In this document: in pieces, positions 10,523-23,964 of the stretch
Numbering within the stretch: the stretch's first letter is position 1
Layout: each line of letters opens with the position of its first letter
Assembly: GCA_030390025.1 (NCBI GenBank)
Contig: CM059432.1
Location: 11,594,001 to 11,658,000, forward strand
Direction: 5' to 3'
DNA length: 64,000 bases
Source of the DNA: Squalus acanthias
Taxonomy: Eukaryota
Translations under genes and position numbers: made by a program
Notes under the pieces: generated by a model
Databases searched by the model: none
Seen by the model: only the letters and a program-made list of their open reading frames with translations
What the model was told of the DNA's origin: nothing

Positions 10523-11227
10523 CCACATGTATCCTACATTTTAGCAGCCCATCCAATAAACTCCCCAAAGAGAACATTTTCAACATTTCCATTCTTGTCA
10601 ATCTTTCTGACTCTTTTAAAAAAAAAAGCATGAATTTTTTAAACGTCGTATCCACCCTCTCCTTTCCAACCACCACCCACCGCCCCCCCCACCCTCCCAA
10701 AGTCTCGGCAGCCACCTTGTTAAAAGGCAGTTCCTGGGGTTTTTTTTTCTGAAATTCATTGGGAATTGGTTCCTTGTTTAGCAGGGTTTTCTTTCAGGGT
10801 TTCCTCTTGCAGGCAAACCTTCCCAGGATCGCGTGCAAAATGACGGAATTGGTATTTCCCGGGGTAATTTTCTCACGTTGTGCTCCCGGCGGAGAGCCTC
10901 ACTCTCCGGAAGCCATTTCGGGAATTTGGACGGCATCGGTTGGAAAGTTACGCGCAGTGCGCGTGCATGAATTTCCAAAAATGCAGACGTGGTTTCCCAC
11001 TGAGGGAGGAAATTTCCCCTTTTATCGCGACAACAACAACAACTTGCATTTATATAGCGCCTTTAACGCAGTAAAACGTCCCAAGGCACTTCTTAGGTTA
11101 TAAGACAATTAGGTCGTAGCATGAGGTGAGCAAAGTTCAACGTAGATAAGTATGAAGTAGTACCTTTTGGGTTAAAAAAAAAAAGTAGTGAATGTAAATA
11201 TATCCTAACTGTAAAATTCTTAATGGA

Positions 11228-12061
11228 TGGACGACGTTCAGGCTTGGGCTGATAAGTAGCAGATAACATTTGCGCCGCAGAAGTGCCAGGCAATGACTAT
11301 CTCCAACAAGCGAGAGTCTAACCACCTCCCCTTGACATTCAACGGCGTTACCATCGCCAAATCCCCCACCATGCGGGGACTGCTGCATCCTGGGGGGTCA
11401 CCATTAACCACAAACTTAACTGGACCAGCCACATAAATACCGTGGCAACAAGAGCAGGTCAGAGGCTGGGTATTCTGCGGCGAGTGTCTCACCTCCTGAC
11501 TCCCCAAAGCCTTTCCACCATCTACAAGGCACAAGTCAGGAGTGTGATGGAATATTCTCCACTTGCCTGGATGAGTGCAGCTCCAACAACACTCAAGAAG
11601 CTCGACACCATCCAGGACAAAGCAGCCCATTTGATTGGCACCCCATCCACCACCTTAAACATTTACTCCCTCCACCACCGGCGTACCGTGGCTGCAGTGT
11701 GTACCATCTACAAGATGCACTGCAGCAACTCGCCAAGGCTTCTTCGGCAGCACCTCCGAACCCCACGACCTCTTCCACCTAGAAGGACAAGGGCAGCAGG
11801 TGCATGGGAACACCACCACCTCCAAGTTCCCCTCCAAGTCACACACCATCCTGACTTAGAAGTATATCGTCGATCCTTCATTGTCACTGGGTCAAAATCC
11901 TGAACTCCCTCCCTAACAGCACTGTGGGAGTACCTTCACCACACGGACTGCAGCGGTTTAAGAAGGCGGCTCACCACCACCTTCTCAAGGACAATTAGGG
12001 ATGGGCAATAAATGCTGGCCTTGCCAGTGACGCCCACATCCCATAAACGAATTTAAAAAAA
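11228..12061 (+). mobile_element. Family-B LINE 3' fragment with complete 3' end
   Basis: LSTIYKAQVRSVMEYSPLAWMSAAPTTLKKLDTIQDKAA; ends FKKAAHHHLLK, short UTR and A-rich tail. Confidence 0.9.
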
Positions 12062-12267
12062 CAGAGACACGGATCTTTAAAAGAGCATTCAAGATAGAAA
12101 AAGGGAACAATAAATTCTGGGTTTTATAGATAGGAGCGTTTCAATTCAAAACCGAGAAGGCTGTACTAAATCTGGTTGTGTCACAGCCGGAATACTATGT
12201 GCAGTTTTGGACACCTTATTGTATCAAGCATTTTAGAGCCCAGGGAAAGGTTAGTTTACTAGGATAA

Positions 12268-12543
12268 AAGATCCCGCGGCACTATTTCGAAGAAGAGCAG
12301 GGGAGTTCTCCCCGGTGTCCTGGGGCCAATATTCATCCCTCAATCGACATCACTAAAAAAAAACCAGATTATCTGGTCATTATCACATTGCTGTTTGTGG
12401 GAGCTTGCTGTGCGCAAATGGGCTGCCGCGTTTCCCACATTACAACAGCGACTACACTTCAGAACAGTACTTCATGGGCTGTAAGGCGCTCTGGGACATC
12501 CGGTGGTCGTGAAAGGCGCTGTAAAAACGCAAGTCTTTCTTTT
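12268..12543 (+). mobile_element. SacSINE1-like DeuSINE 3' part, within a degraded CR1 (~12065-12962)
   Basis: AAAGATCCCGCGGCACTATTTCGAAGAAGAGCAGGGG... Confidence 0.8.
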
Positions 12544-14263
12544 TAATAACAGGAAATGCAGTTATGTTGGGTGACTTGAAAAACTAGGACGGTGCTCACT
12601 GGAGCAGAGACGTATGGGGAAATCCAGTAGAACCGTTCAAAGGATTTGAGAGATTAAAAAGTGGTCAGTTAATCTGTAACAAGAGCTGTTTTTGACATGC
12701 ATGAGAACCAGAGGCGAGGCGAGGCGCATTTTTGTTTAAGGCAGCCAGTTGTTGTGATCTGGAACGCGCTGCCTGAAAGGGCGGTGGAAGCAGATTCAAT
12801 AATAACTTTCCAAAGGTAATTAGATAAATACTTGAAAGACAAAAATATGCAGGGCTGTGGGGAAAGAGCGGAGGGGGAGTGGGACTAATTGGACGGCTCT
12901 TTCATAGAGCCGGCACAGGCACGATGGGCCGAATGGCCTCCTTCTGTGCTGTGCGATTCTATGAGGATGTTTTACTTCTTCTTGTGACGATCCTATCCCA
13001 CATTACAACAGTGACTACACTCCAAAAGTACTTCATTGGCTGTAAAGCACTTTGAGACGTCCGGCGGTCGTGAAAGGCGCTATAGAAATGCAAGTCTTTG
13101 GGACCTTTTACTACGTTAAAGGTGCTATATAAATACAAGTTGTTGTTGTTGTTGTTGAGGTTAGTGCGGGCATTTAACACTGCGTGCATTTTGGGTAACT
13201 GGCTGTAAGATGAATGTAAAACTCCCAGGACTGGCTAAGACTGGCTGTCGGAAAGATCTGTTTTTTTGGCAGATCTTCTAGCTGCCGACCTGAGTGAATC
13301 CAGCCATTGCCAGCATGCGACCCAATGAAACCAGAGCCCGGTGGCTAAAAGTCTTTTGTTCGCGACTAGAATCTTTTACATTTGGCTTGCAGTCAGTCGG
13401 CTGCACAACAGCCGTGCTTCGGGAACTGGTCGCACTGGTGCGGGCCGGTAATGTGAAAAGCAGCCAGGGAGGCTGGACAAGCATGTGAGGGAGAAGGGAA
13501 TAGAGGGTTACGCTGATAGAGTGAGATGAGGAAAGACGGGAGGAGGCTCGAGTGGAGCATAAACGCCGGCATGGACTGGTTGGGCCAAATGGCCTGTTCC
13601 TGTGCCGTATATCCTGTATAAACTCAGGATTATCACTACTCAGGATTAATACCTAGAAGCAGTAAGGAGGGATATTCGAACATGGAATACAATACCACAA
13701 GTGGCTGTTAAAGTTGATGCAATGACAGCATTTGATACGGAATTAGATACGAACTTGTTAAAGGATACCGGGAAAGGCAGGGAAATAGGATGCGAATGGA
13801 TAGCTCGGGTGTAAGCTCGAGCCAAGATTTCTGTGATTCTATGCGGGTGAAATCACAACACATCGTTGTGTCAAAAGTGCACTCATTGATGAAATTGCTG
13901 GCTCGAGGCGGATTGACTGTATATAGTGAAGGTGATGAGGAGCCCTAAGTGATTACTACCAGGGCCCTGGCTAGCGTGGAGAGAGTGGGGGGAGGTGGAG
14001 GGAGTTGCAATAAAAATCCTTCCCATAGACTAGCGCGAGATAAATTGGCCATCATATTTTCTTTGCACAAGAGAAAAATGCAATGATGTCATCAGCTCTG
14101 CCCTCCAACATCAGCCCCACTGGAGTTTCTTAGAATCATGAAAGAGCTCTCCAATTAGTCCCACTCCCTCACTCTTTCCCCATAGCCCTGCAATTTTTTC
14201 CCTTTCAAGTATTTATCCAATTCCCTTTGAGAGTTATTATTGAATCTGCTTCCACCGCCCTTT

Positions 14264-14685
14264 CTAGGCCTATATTCTCTGGAGTTTAGAAGAATGAGAG
14301 GTGATCTCATTGAAACATACCAAATTCTTACAGGGCTTGACAGGGTAGATGCAGGGAGGATGTTTCCCCCTAGCTGGGGAGTCTTGAACCAGGGGTCACA
14401 GTCTCAGAATAAGGGGTCAGCCATTTAGGACTGAGGTGAGGAGAAATTTCTTCACTCAGAGGGTGGTGAATCTTTGGAATTCTCTCCCCCAGAGGGCTGT
14501 GGAGGCTCAGTCGTTGAGTTTATTCAAGTCAGAGAGCGATAGATTTTTGGATATTCTGGGAATCAAGGGATATTGGGATAGTGCAGCAAAGTGGAGCTGA
14601 GGTAGAAGATCAGCCATGATCTTATTGAATGGCGGAGCAGGTTCGAGGGGCCGAATGGCCGACCCCTGCTCCTATTTCTTATGCT
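14264..14685 (+). mobile_element. CR1 3' fragment nested in an oppositely oriented CR1 end (~14130-14820)
   Basis: LGLYSLEFRRMRGDLIETY; host sequence TCCACCGCCCTTTC..AGGCAGTGCATTCCAGATC is split by the insert. Confidence 0.85.
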
Positions 14686-14844
14686 TCAGGCAGTGCATTC
14701 CAGATCACAACAACTCGCTGCGTAACAAAAAATTCTCCTCCTCTCCCCCTCTGGCTCTTTTGCCAATTACCTTGTAACTGTGTCCTCTGGTTACCGACCC
14801 TCCTGCCAGTGGAAACAGTTTGCTGGTTCGGTGGGAGAGCACCT

Positions 14845-15115
14845 AATGGGGCAGGTGACCAAAAGCTTGGTCAAAGAGGTAGGTTTGAAGGAGCGACTTA
14901 AAGGAGGAGAGAGAGCTAGAGAGGCGGAGAGGTTTAGGGAGGGAATTCCAGAGCTTGGGGCCTGAAGGCATGGCCACCAATGGGGGGGCAATGGAAATCA
15001 GGGTGCAGCAAGAGGCCAGAATTGGAGGAGCGCAGAGATCCGGGAGGGTTGTAGGGCCCGGGGGAGGTCTCCGAGATAAGGAGGGGAGCGGCTAGGGAGG
15101 GACTTGAACACAAGG
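14845..15115 (-). mobile_element. L2 LINE 3' fragment
   Basis: Reverse complement of the 6690-7380 L2 sequence. Confidence 0.75.
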
Positions 15116-15529
15116 AAATGGCAGTAACCCATCGGAATGGCGGTCTCTGCTGTTTTCCACTGGGCTCTGCCGATCTCGCAGTGGGAGTCCCCGTGGAACC
15201 GCCAGTAAATTCAGAGCCATTGTGCCCAGTTGCATCTTGCTTACAAACTTTGTACTTTGTAGTGTTAATAATAAAAAATGAGAAATACGAAATCCACTTT
15301 GAAACATTCCTCTCGCCCAGCCTGACATGGTGATGGTTTTGGATCTTCTATAGAGGGAGCTTGGCTGAAAACGTCTGCAACACTGCCCAGCGGAAAAAAA
15401 CAAACTCTGCCGCTTTTATATTTAACCTGTACAAGTAAAATCTCCGTCTAACCTTTTAACCGGTTGCCTGAATTCAGAACCTCTTTGTCCTGGGGAGAAT
15501 CTGTCTCACAACGAGCTGAAACTGTTATG

Positions 15530-16270
15530 ACAGCAAAATGCTGCGGATGCTTGAAATCTGAAATAACAACAGAAAATGCTGGCAGCACTCAGCAGGCCAG
15601 GCAGCATCCTCGGAGAGAGAAACAGAGTTAACGTTTCAGGTCTGTGACCCTTCATCAGAACTGGAAAAGGTTAGAGATTTTAAGCAGGTGCAGAGACAGG
15701 GAAAGCAGGGGGTGGGGCGGAGGGGAGGAAGGAATTGAAGGAATAGTCTGTGCTAGGGTAGGAGGCAGGCGTGGTTAAATGTTGCAAATGGGGATGGCAG
15801 AGTCATCAACAGTCGCCTGAAAAATGGGGGCAGTGGTTATGATCTGAAATTGTTGAACTCAATGTTGAGTCCAGAAGGCTGTAAAATGCCTAATCGAAAG
15901 ATGAGGCGCTGTTCCTCGAGCTTACGCTGAGCTTCATTGGAACAGTGTAAGAGGCCGAGGACAGAAAGGTCGGAGTGGGAGTGGAGCGGAGAATTAAAGT
16001 GACAGGCGACCGGAAGCTTGGGGTCACCCTTGCGGACTGAACGGGGGTGTTCCGCAAAGCGGTCACCCAATCTGCGTTTGGTCTCCCCAATGTAGAGGAG
16101 ACCGCATCATGAGCAGCGAATACAGTATACTAAATTGCAAGAAGTACAAGTAAATCGCTGTTTCACCTGGAAGGGGTGTTTGGGGCCCTGGACAGTGGGA
16201 AGAGGGGAGGTAAAAGGGCAGGTGTTGCATCTCCTGCGCTTGCACGGGAAGGTGCCGTGGGAAGGGGAAG
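15530..16270 (-). mobile_element. Penelope-like element 3' part encoding a GIY-YIG endonuclease (decayed)
   Basis: NLVYCIRCS*CGLLYIGETKRRLGDRFAEH..PVACHFNSPLHS..LEEQRLIFRLG.LQPSGLN, followed by the UTR and hammerhead motif. Confidence 0.92.
15626..15662 (-). ncRNA. Minimal type I hammerhead ribozyme motif
   Basis: AGTT-CTGATGA-A-GGGTC-ACA-GACCT-GAAA-CGTT-AACT. Confidence 0.75.
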
Positions 16271-16618
16271 CTGGCAAGTAAAGGAGTTACTCTAAAATTA
16301 AAAAAAAAGAAAATGTTACAAATAAACACAGCAGGTCAGACAACGTTTTGTAAAAGGAAAAGATAAGTTACGATGATCCGTGTGTCTACCCGGCATCAAT
16401 ACTGACGCCAGTGTATCCCGAGGTTTCCAACTTGTTTACTGCCTTGAATTTCTTTATTTCTTTAAAAAAAAAAGTGGTTTCTGTGTTTGAGGAAGCACAT
16501 GACTGCGCGGAGAATAATTGTGAGGTTGAACTCTCTTCCTTCAGCTGGCTGGTCAGTAATGACATTCTTCAGGGGAGCTGATGTGGTGCCTTTTCTCCCT
16601 GGGCACTTGTTTCACAGC

Positions 16619-16771
16619 CAGATGCCCCGTGTCCGATTGTCAGGGTGGTGTTCTGGGGGCGCAGGCGATCAGATGCCCCGTGTCCGATTGTCAGGGTGGT
16701 GTTCTGGGGGCGCAGGCGATCAGATGCCCCGTGTCCGACTGTCAGGGTGGTGTTCTGGGGGCGCAGGCGAT
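16619..16771. repeat. 51-bp tandem repeat, 3 copies
   Basis: Unit CAGATGCCCCGTGTCCGATTGTCAGGGTGGTGTTCTGGGGGCGCAGGCGAT; one substitution in copy 3. Confidence 0.97.
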
Positions 16772-17446
16772 TTGTTTGCTGGGCTCGTTTCTAACGGTAT
16801 ATCATCTTCCCAAGGGAAGGATTAGGGCTGCACGGCATGGAACAAAGCTTAAAAGAGAAAACTTTGACACTGCAATCTTCATCGAAACGCACAGCACAGA
16901 AGGAGGCCATTCGGCCTGTCGTGTCTGTGCTGGTTCTTTGAAAAGAGCAGTCTCATTCGTCCCACTCCCCATAGCCCTGCAAATTTCTCCTTTACAAGTA
17001 GCTTATTAATGAGCAATTTGTCTCTTGGAGAGATTTTTAATAGGATGTAAATGAGTGATCTGGGTAGGCTAGGATAGGCTCTCTCTGTTATCCTAATTGG
17101 CTGATCGCTCCATCAGGTACTTGATATTTACTCTGCAATAGCACCCACTTGTATTGAGATAGTGGGGTAGTTCTTGACTTTGTGTGACACTGTAAAGCGG
17201 GTGATAGCAAATTGGCCTCTTATTTTACATCTGTCCCGCTTCTTTTTCTGAAGTCGACAGATAAAAATCGGGAGAGATGTGAAATGAGCAGCCGACTCGC
17301 TATCACTGAAGTCAAGATCCAGCAGCCTAAGGTGCATAACAAAGTGGAACCAGACACCGAGCGGGAATTGGGAGGAGAGTTAAGAGGAATGTACACCGAT
17401 CTCAGGACAGCAGCACATGCTGGTCCTCCCGCCAGCACCTCTGTTT

Positions 17447-17770
17447 GGGCAACACGGTGGCATAGTGGTTAGCACTGTTACCTCACAGCGCCAGGGACCC
17501 GGGTTCGAATCCGGCCTCGGGTGACTGTCTGTGTGGAGTTTGCACATTCTCCCCGTGTCTGCGTGGGTTTCCTCCGGGTGCTCCGGTTTCCTCCCACAGT
17601 CCAAAGATGTGCGGGTTAGGTTGATTTGGCTATGATAAATTGACCCTTAGTGTTAGGGGGATTAAATACGTGGGGTTACAGGGATAGGGTGGGATATGTG
17701 TCGGTGCAGGCTCGATGGGCCGAAATGGCCTCTATCTGCACTGTGGGGATTCTGTGATTCTGTGATTCTA
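17447..17770 (+). mobile_element. HE1-type V-SINE, full length
   Basis: A box TGGCATAGTGG and B box GTTCGAATCC; V domain GTGTGGAGTTTGCACATTCTCCCCGTGTCTGCGTGGGTTTCCTCCGGGTGCTCCGGTTTCCTCCCACA; CR1-type (ATTCTGTG)n tail. Confidence 0.92.
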
Positions 17771-17961
17771 ACCCTTGCGAATATAGCGGAAAGGCAGGTC
17801 CAGGCTGCCTGTGCAGCAGCACAAGAGTTCCCGCCCGCCGCAGGTCCATTCCAGGACTCGGTTGCCACGTGACCTGGGCCACCCCGATACCAAGGGAAAG
17901 ATCTCATCGGACCGCAGCACCCAGCCACTTGACACCCTCCTCTCACTCATGTGGCACCTGC

Positions 17962-18495
17962 GATTTTATTCGTTTTATGGGATGTGGGCATCACTGGCAA
18001 GGCCAGCATTTATTGCCCATCCCTAATTGCCCTTGAGAAGGTGGTGGTGAGCCGCCTTCTTGAACCGCTGCAGTCCGTGTGGTGAAGGTGCTCCCACAGT
18101 GCTGTTAGGGAGGGAGTTCCAGGATTTTGACCCAGCGACGATGAAGGATCGGTGATATACTTCCAAGTCAGGATGGTGTGTGACTTGGATGGGAACTTGG
18201 AGGTGGCGGTGTTCCCATGTGCCTGCTGCCCTTGTCCTTCTAGGTGGAAGAGGTCGCGGGTTTGGGAGGTGCTGCCGAAGAAGCCTTGGCGAGTTGCTGC
18301 AGTGCATCTTGTAGATGGTACACACTGCAGCCACGGTATGCCGGTGGTGGAGGGAGTGAATGTTTAAGGTGGTGGATGGGGTGCCAATCAAGCGGGCTGC
18401 TTTGACCTGGATGGTGTCGAGCTTCTTGAGTGTTGTTAGAGCTGCACTCACCCAGGCAAGTGGAGAGTATTCCATCACACTCCTTACTTGTACCT
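17962..18495 (-). mobile_element. Family-B LINE 3' fragment
   Basis: ORF 18023-18478 MEYSPLAW..SWNSLPNS..FKKAAHHHLLKGN*, plus 3' UTR. Confidence 0.9.
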
Positions 18496-19210
18496 GGGAG
18501 AAGCACTACATTACGTTCATACAGCATGCACTGGCACGGTGGTAAGAAGGAGTATACGTGTGCGACACACATGGATTGCCAATGAAATTCTGTTCACACT
18601 AAAGCTGGGCGTGTAGACATTGTTTTTGGAATGGCCTGGAAGCTGCTTCACGGGGCTACATAAATGGGAGCTTTTGTGAGCTTTGCGCACAGAGAAAGTA
18701 AGGCTCTGTTTGTAAGGCAAAGTTGTGCATCAGGAAGCACAAAGCCACCATCCTTGAGATGCTAGCTGGCTTGTGTTGCAGGATGTCCCCCCCCGGGGGC
18801 CAGGTATGATCCAGATACCTGCAACATGCCAATGACGTGATCGCATATAACTCTGGTGACTACAGAGATTTCATTTAAAAACATAACATAAGAAATAGGA
18901 GCAGGAGTAGGCCATTCGGCCCCTCGAGCCTGCTCCGCCATTCAATGAGATCATGGCTGATCTTCGACCTCAACCCCGCTTTCCCGCCCGATCTCCATAT
19001 CAGGACATCCCAAAGCGCTTTACAGCCAATTAAGTACTTTTTGAAGAGTAGTCACTGTTGTAATGTAGGAAATGCAGCAGCCAATTTGCGCACAGCAAGG
19101 CCCCACAAACAGCAATGAGATAAATGACCAGATAATCTGTTTTTTTAGTGATGTAGGTTGAGGGGTAAATATTGGCCAGGACATGTTTATAAAAGAGCAG
19201 ATTTGCTAGT

Positions 19211-19420
19211 AGACACACACAAACACACACACGGACACCCAAACAGACACACATGTGCACACACACGCGCACACACACATGGACATGCACGCACACGGAC
19301 ACACACGAACACGCACACGGACACACGCGCACACGGACACGTACACGGACACACACACACACACGGACACCCAAACAGATACACACATGTGCACAGACAC
19401 ACACACACACACAGATACAG
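19211..19420. repeat. Degenerate (CA)n simple repeat
   Basis: Direct reading. Confidence 0.9.
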
Positions 19421-19655
19421 ACAGGATGAGTCTGTTGTAATAAGGCAAGAGGATTTAAAAATGTAATTTATTGACTGGCACAAAAAGCTGTTTTTCTTAA
19501 ACGGTAGGTAAATACATGGAACATACAGCTGTGTTACCATTAACATATGATAGAACAGGGCCGTATTATTTCCCAGTAAAATGAAGATTTTGTTCTAGTG
19601 TCCCTTCAGTGATGACATCTTAAATTCCGCCTTTGAGTGGGGATGTCATCATAAT

Positions 19656-20378
19656 GGCCCAGAAATTGATCTCGCTCTGTTCCCGCGGGGGTAAGCCTTC
19701 CCCGCGATCTCTCACCTCGCTTGTGCTTTTTCAGATCCAGCTCGCACGAACTTGATGTTCCAGACAGCTGCTGGGCAGTGCTTGCGTATCCCACCGGCGC
19801 AGTGAATTCGTGCGAGCTGTGGGATCACGTGACTCAGTTAGAGCCAATGGCAGCACACCATCTTGAATTCATAAGTTTATGAATCTTACACCCCCCCAAA
19901 ATAACAGCTAAACCTCAATTAAATTTTAAAAAAAACCCATCACATTAATAAAATAAGTATAGTTAAATAAATTAACCATTTTAAATAAAAAATTAAATTT
20001 TTGAAAAAATTTAAAATCTTTTAAAAAGTTATAAAAATAAACTTACCTGTCTTTAAAGTCTCTAAAAAAGATATACCTGTAAAAAAAAATTCAAAAAAAT
20101 ACTTAATTCACTACTTACCTTGTTAAAAGTGGGTCTTACTCCTCCTTTTTCCATTTCTAAAATCTTCAGTACTTACCTGCGCGTCCAAAGCATGAAGTGC
20201 ACAGCGTGCGCGCAGCCTGTAGCGCGCACGCGATGCACCGAGGAACCGCCCCCTTTTCAAAAGAGCAATTGCCGGTTTTCAGCGCATGCGCAGGGCATGC
20301 AGAAAACCGGCAATTGCAGAGGGAATACGCGAGAGTACGCAGTGCGTACTCTCGCGCACCGGGATGAATTTTTGGGCT
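19656..20378. mobile_element. PIF/Harbinger-type MITE with AT-rich core
   Basis: TIRs GGCCCAGAAATT / AATTTTTGGGCT; 3-bp TSD AAT (19653-19655, 20379-20381). Confidence 0.8.
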
Positions 20379-21065
20379 AATATCAACTGAAATTCAGCCA
20401 TGGCCCCCACCAATGGGAAAGACCCAATTACTGTGGTTACAAATCACAATATAAACAGTACCGGGTGGGAGAGAGCGACTACAAACGGAAACAATCTCAG
20501 GTTGGGATTGAAGTGGCAGTAAAACCGCTTGAGCGATTTACAACATCAAACCTTTCACTCGATTATCTTATTGCAATCGCTCCTCCCCACCCATAATTCT
20601 CTGCGTAATTAGGCTGCATATTAAATTAAATCGCATAGATTGTGAGGAAAAGAATCAATTATCAATATCCGGTAACCTCCCCCTGCTCCTGCAGACCGAG
20701 TCAGTAACATCTCGGCACCGGGGCGAGTTTATATTCTCAGTGAGCCTCGCAAAGTAGCCATTAGGCTCATAATGTGCTTAATAATCATCTGCTTAAAAGG
20801 TTCTGTCACAACTCTGCTCACATCCCTCGTTGGCATTTACTGTTTGGGTCTCTTCTATGATTTACGACCAGTGACGAACATCATTGCACATTCTCCCGAG
20901 CTGACACTAAGCAATTAGAGGCAATGTTTCCAAGGTTTGTGAAAACAAATATACAGAACAGTGAGGAGGATAGTGGCAGACTTCAGGAGGACGTGGACAG
21001 ACTGGGGAAATGGGCAGACACACGACAGATGAAACCGAATGCAGAAAAGTGATGTATATTGGAAG

Positions 21066-21513
21066 AAAAGAAAGGCAGACTTGCATTTCTGTCGCGCCTT
21101 TCATTACCGCCGGACATCCCAAAGCGCTTTACAACCAGTGAAGTACTTTTTGAAGTGTAGTCACTGTTGTAATGTAGGAAATGCGGCAGCCAATTAGCGC
21201 ACAGCAAGCTCCCACAAACAGCAATGCGATAATGACCAGATCATCTGTTTTAGTGATGTTGATTGAGGGATAAATATTGGCCAGGACACCGGGGATAACT
21301 CCCCTGCCATAGGATCATTTGCGTTCACCTGAGAGAGCAGACGGGGCCCTCGGTTTAACGTCTCCTACGAAAGACGGCCCCTCCGACAGTGCAGCTCTCC
21401 CTCAGCACTGCACTGGGAGTGTCAGCCTAGATTTCTGTGCTCAAGTCCCTGGAGTGGGGACTTGAACCCACAACCTTCAGATTCAGAGGCGAGGGTGCTA
21501 CCAACTGAGCCAT
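21066..21513 (-). mobile_element. SacSINE1-like DeuSINE, near full length, nested in a CR1 fragment (~20920-22012, +)
   Basis: tRNA head TGGCTCAGTTGG..GGGTTCAAGTCC, Deu body and tail; GGAAGAA flanks both sides. Confidence 0.88.
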
Positions 21514-23964
21514 GGAAGAACGAGGAGAGGCAATATAAACAATCATACATGAATCTTTGAAGGTGGCAGGTCAAGTTGGGAAAACTGTTAAAATAAAGCA
21601 TATGGGATCCTTGGGCTTTATAAATAGAGGCATAGAGTACAAAAGCAAGGAAGTTATTTCAACCTAACCTACCCAGTGGGAAACCGATGGAATAAATCAC
21701 TGGTTAGGCCTCAACTGGAGTATTGTGTTTATTTCTGGGCACCACACTTTAGGAAGGTTGTTGAGGCCTTGGAGAGGTTGAAGAGGAGATTTACTAGAAT
21801 AATACTAGGGATGAGGGACTTCAGTTATGTGGAGAGACCAGAGAAGCTGGGATTGTCTCCTTAGAGCAGCGAAGGTTAAGGGGAGATTTAATAGAGGCGT
21901 TCAAAATTACGAGGGGTTTTGGTAGAGTAAATAAGGAGAAACTGTTTCCACTGGCAGAAGAGTCGGTAGCCAGAGGACACAGATTTAAGATAATTGGCAG
22001 AAGAACCAGTGGGAAGATGTGGATAAACGCCTGTTTTAGGTCCCCTCCGAGAAATTGCTCTTCCCCGAGCAGAGCAGGCGTCAGGCAGGCTTCGCTGAGG
22101 ATTTCCGGGCATGGATGCGACCTAGCAATGGGCCTCCGCCAAAAAGGTAGGTACTTTATTTTTAAGGTTGATGTGGAGCCAGACGGAGCAGGAATGTTCC
22201 TCCCAGCTCCACAGCACTCTCGGGGAGGGTGGGGGGAGGCATTGCTGCTGACCCCCAAGGCCCCCTCTCGTTGTTCTCCCTCCTCCCCCACCCCCCACTA
22301 CCCCGGGACATACCTGGACGACAGAGGCCAGAAATTCTACCTGCGGAAATGGGTGAGATGCCTGTGGAGGCGCAACAGGCGATGGCAGCTCGCATAAATT
22401 ATTGAAATGAGGCCCAAGGCCCAATTTCAGGCCGGGCTCGGGCCTCCTGGTTACGCGCTGTCGGTTGCGGATCCGCCAACGGGCCATAACCAATTGCCAC
22501 ACCAGTGAGTTGTAAGGAGAGCCACATCCTGCTACTCGTGATAACATTTCTTCGTATTGCAATCTTGTTTTTGAGTTGAAGAATAAAAATGTATCATTCA
22601 CTTGTCTGTCATTAGCTGTATTCTTAAAAGAATTCTTTTGTATCTGTTTGGGGAGACAGGCAATACACGAATACTTTCTAAAGATGTCTGTTGGCGTCAG
22701 AGTGGGCCAGCCCATCTTTGTTAATGGAGCGGTCTGATCAGAATTGTCAAGGGATCGGTTTGTTTGGGCTGATAACTCTTTGAAATGTTAAATGCATGCA
22801 AAATTTTGGACTTTCAGTTATTGTTATCGGAGTCAAATCTATTTTATTTGCAAGTCAAAACCAATCGAAACCTCCCCACAATGGTCAGAAGTAAGGTTTA
22901 AGGTTTTGGGCAAGAGATGCAGGGGGGATGTGAGGGAAAACTTTTTTATGCAGCGAGTGGTGATGATCTGGAATTCGCTGCCGACGGAAGTGGTGGAAGC
23001 GGAGACACTCAATGTTTTCAAGGGGAGACTGGATAGGCCCTTGAGGGAAATAAACTTGCAGGGCTACGGGGATAGAGCGGGGCAATGGGACTGACTGGAT
23101 TGCTCTACAGAGAGCCGGCGCGGACTCGATGGGCCAAATGGCCTCCTTCTGTGCCGTTATGACTTTATGACTCTAAGTCTGCTGTTCACACTCTTCAACC
23201 TGAACAGCATAATTGATTAATAACATAATTGCCTGTCGAGTGTGAAATAATTTGTTTCACGGGTTGTATTCAACCTTTGAGACCCAGACGATTGGTATCA
23301 AATGTGCAAGTTTTTCCTGTTTTGCCAGTTCCCTGCTAATCGGTTTGGCATAGCATTGAGGGAGGCTTCGCATAGCTGAAGTGCCCACGTTTCATTTTCA
23401 AAGGCGCAATTAAAATATTCCGAAAAAGGATACCAAGACTTTGGATTCTTTTTTTATTTTCAGAAATAGTTATAAGAGAAGTATTTTGTTGATCATTTGC
23501 TGTGGGGGAGGTGGGGGGGGGGGGGGGAGGGGTTGTTGCTGCTGTGTAATTATATTTATTTTCTTTTAAATAAATCTGACTGTTCGTTTTAACCTGAATG
23601 ATGTAGTCTGGCCATGTGGTATTTTCTGTCCTTCAGAATCAGCGGGGGCTCATGGTGGTCGACCCACGTGAGGTCTACCGGTTACCGTAGCGGCAAAAAT
23701 AGTAATGGCGTCAGACATCCCATTTTCTGCCATCTCCACCTTACTCGCGTCCACTTATGTCTCTGCCGTGTGGGCAAAGGGCACCGAGGGTTGCTAGACG
23801 TTAGAGGAAAAACTGGAAGATATTTTAGAGGCCATCAACTAGGTCCACTTCAGGTACCAGTCTCACACTGACCTAATTAGGCTGCAGAGGTGTGAAAATT
23901 CTTTGCTGAGGCAAAATGAAAAGGTAACGGTCCTTGAGTATAGGTTTGTGGCAGTGGAAAGGCA

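Noticed and set aside
13260..13490. Acceptor TTTTTTTTGGCAG followed by a possible exon
   Set aside because: Stop codons in all three frames shortly after the AG
17212..17472. Possible coding exon DKNRERCEMSSRLAITEVKIQQPK
   Set aside because: Acceptor-like tract is present, but the donor is weak, the peptide is unrecognised and the ORF runs into an HE1 SINE
17447..17525. tRNA gene (also the heads at ~6848, 21440-21513, 29700-29771, 47770-47848)
   Set aside because: A and B boxes are present but continue into SINE/LINE bodies; these are tRNA-derived heads
19030..19546. Cys/Val- or His/Thr-rich ORFs
   Set aside because: Translations of (CA)n/(TG)n simple repeats
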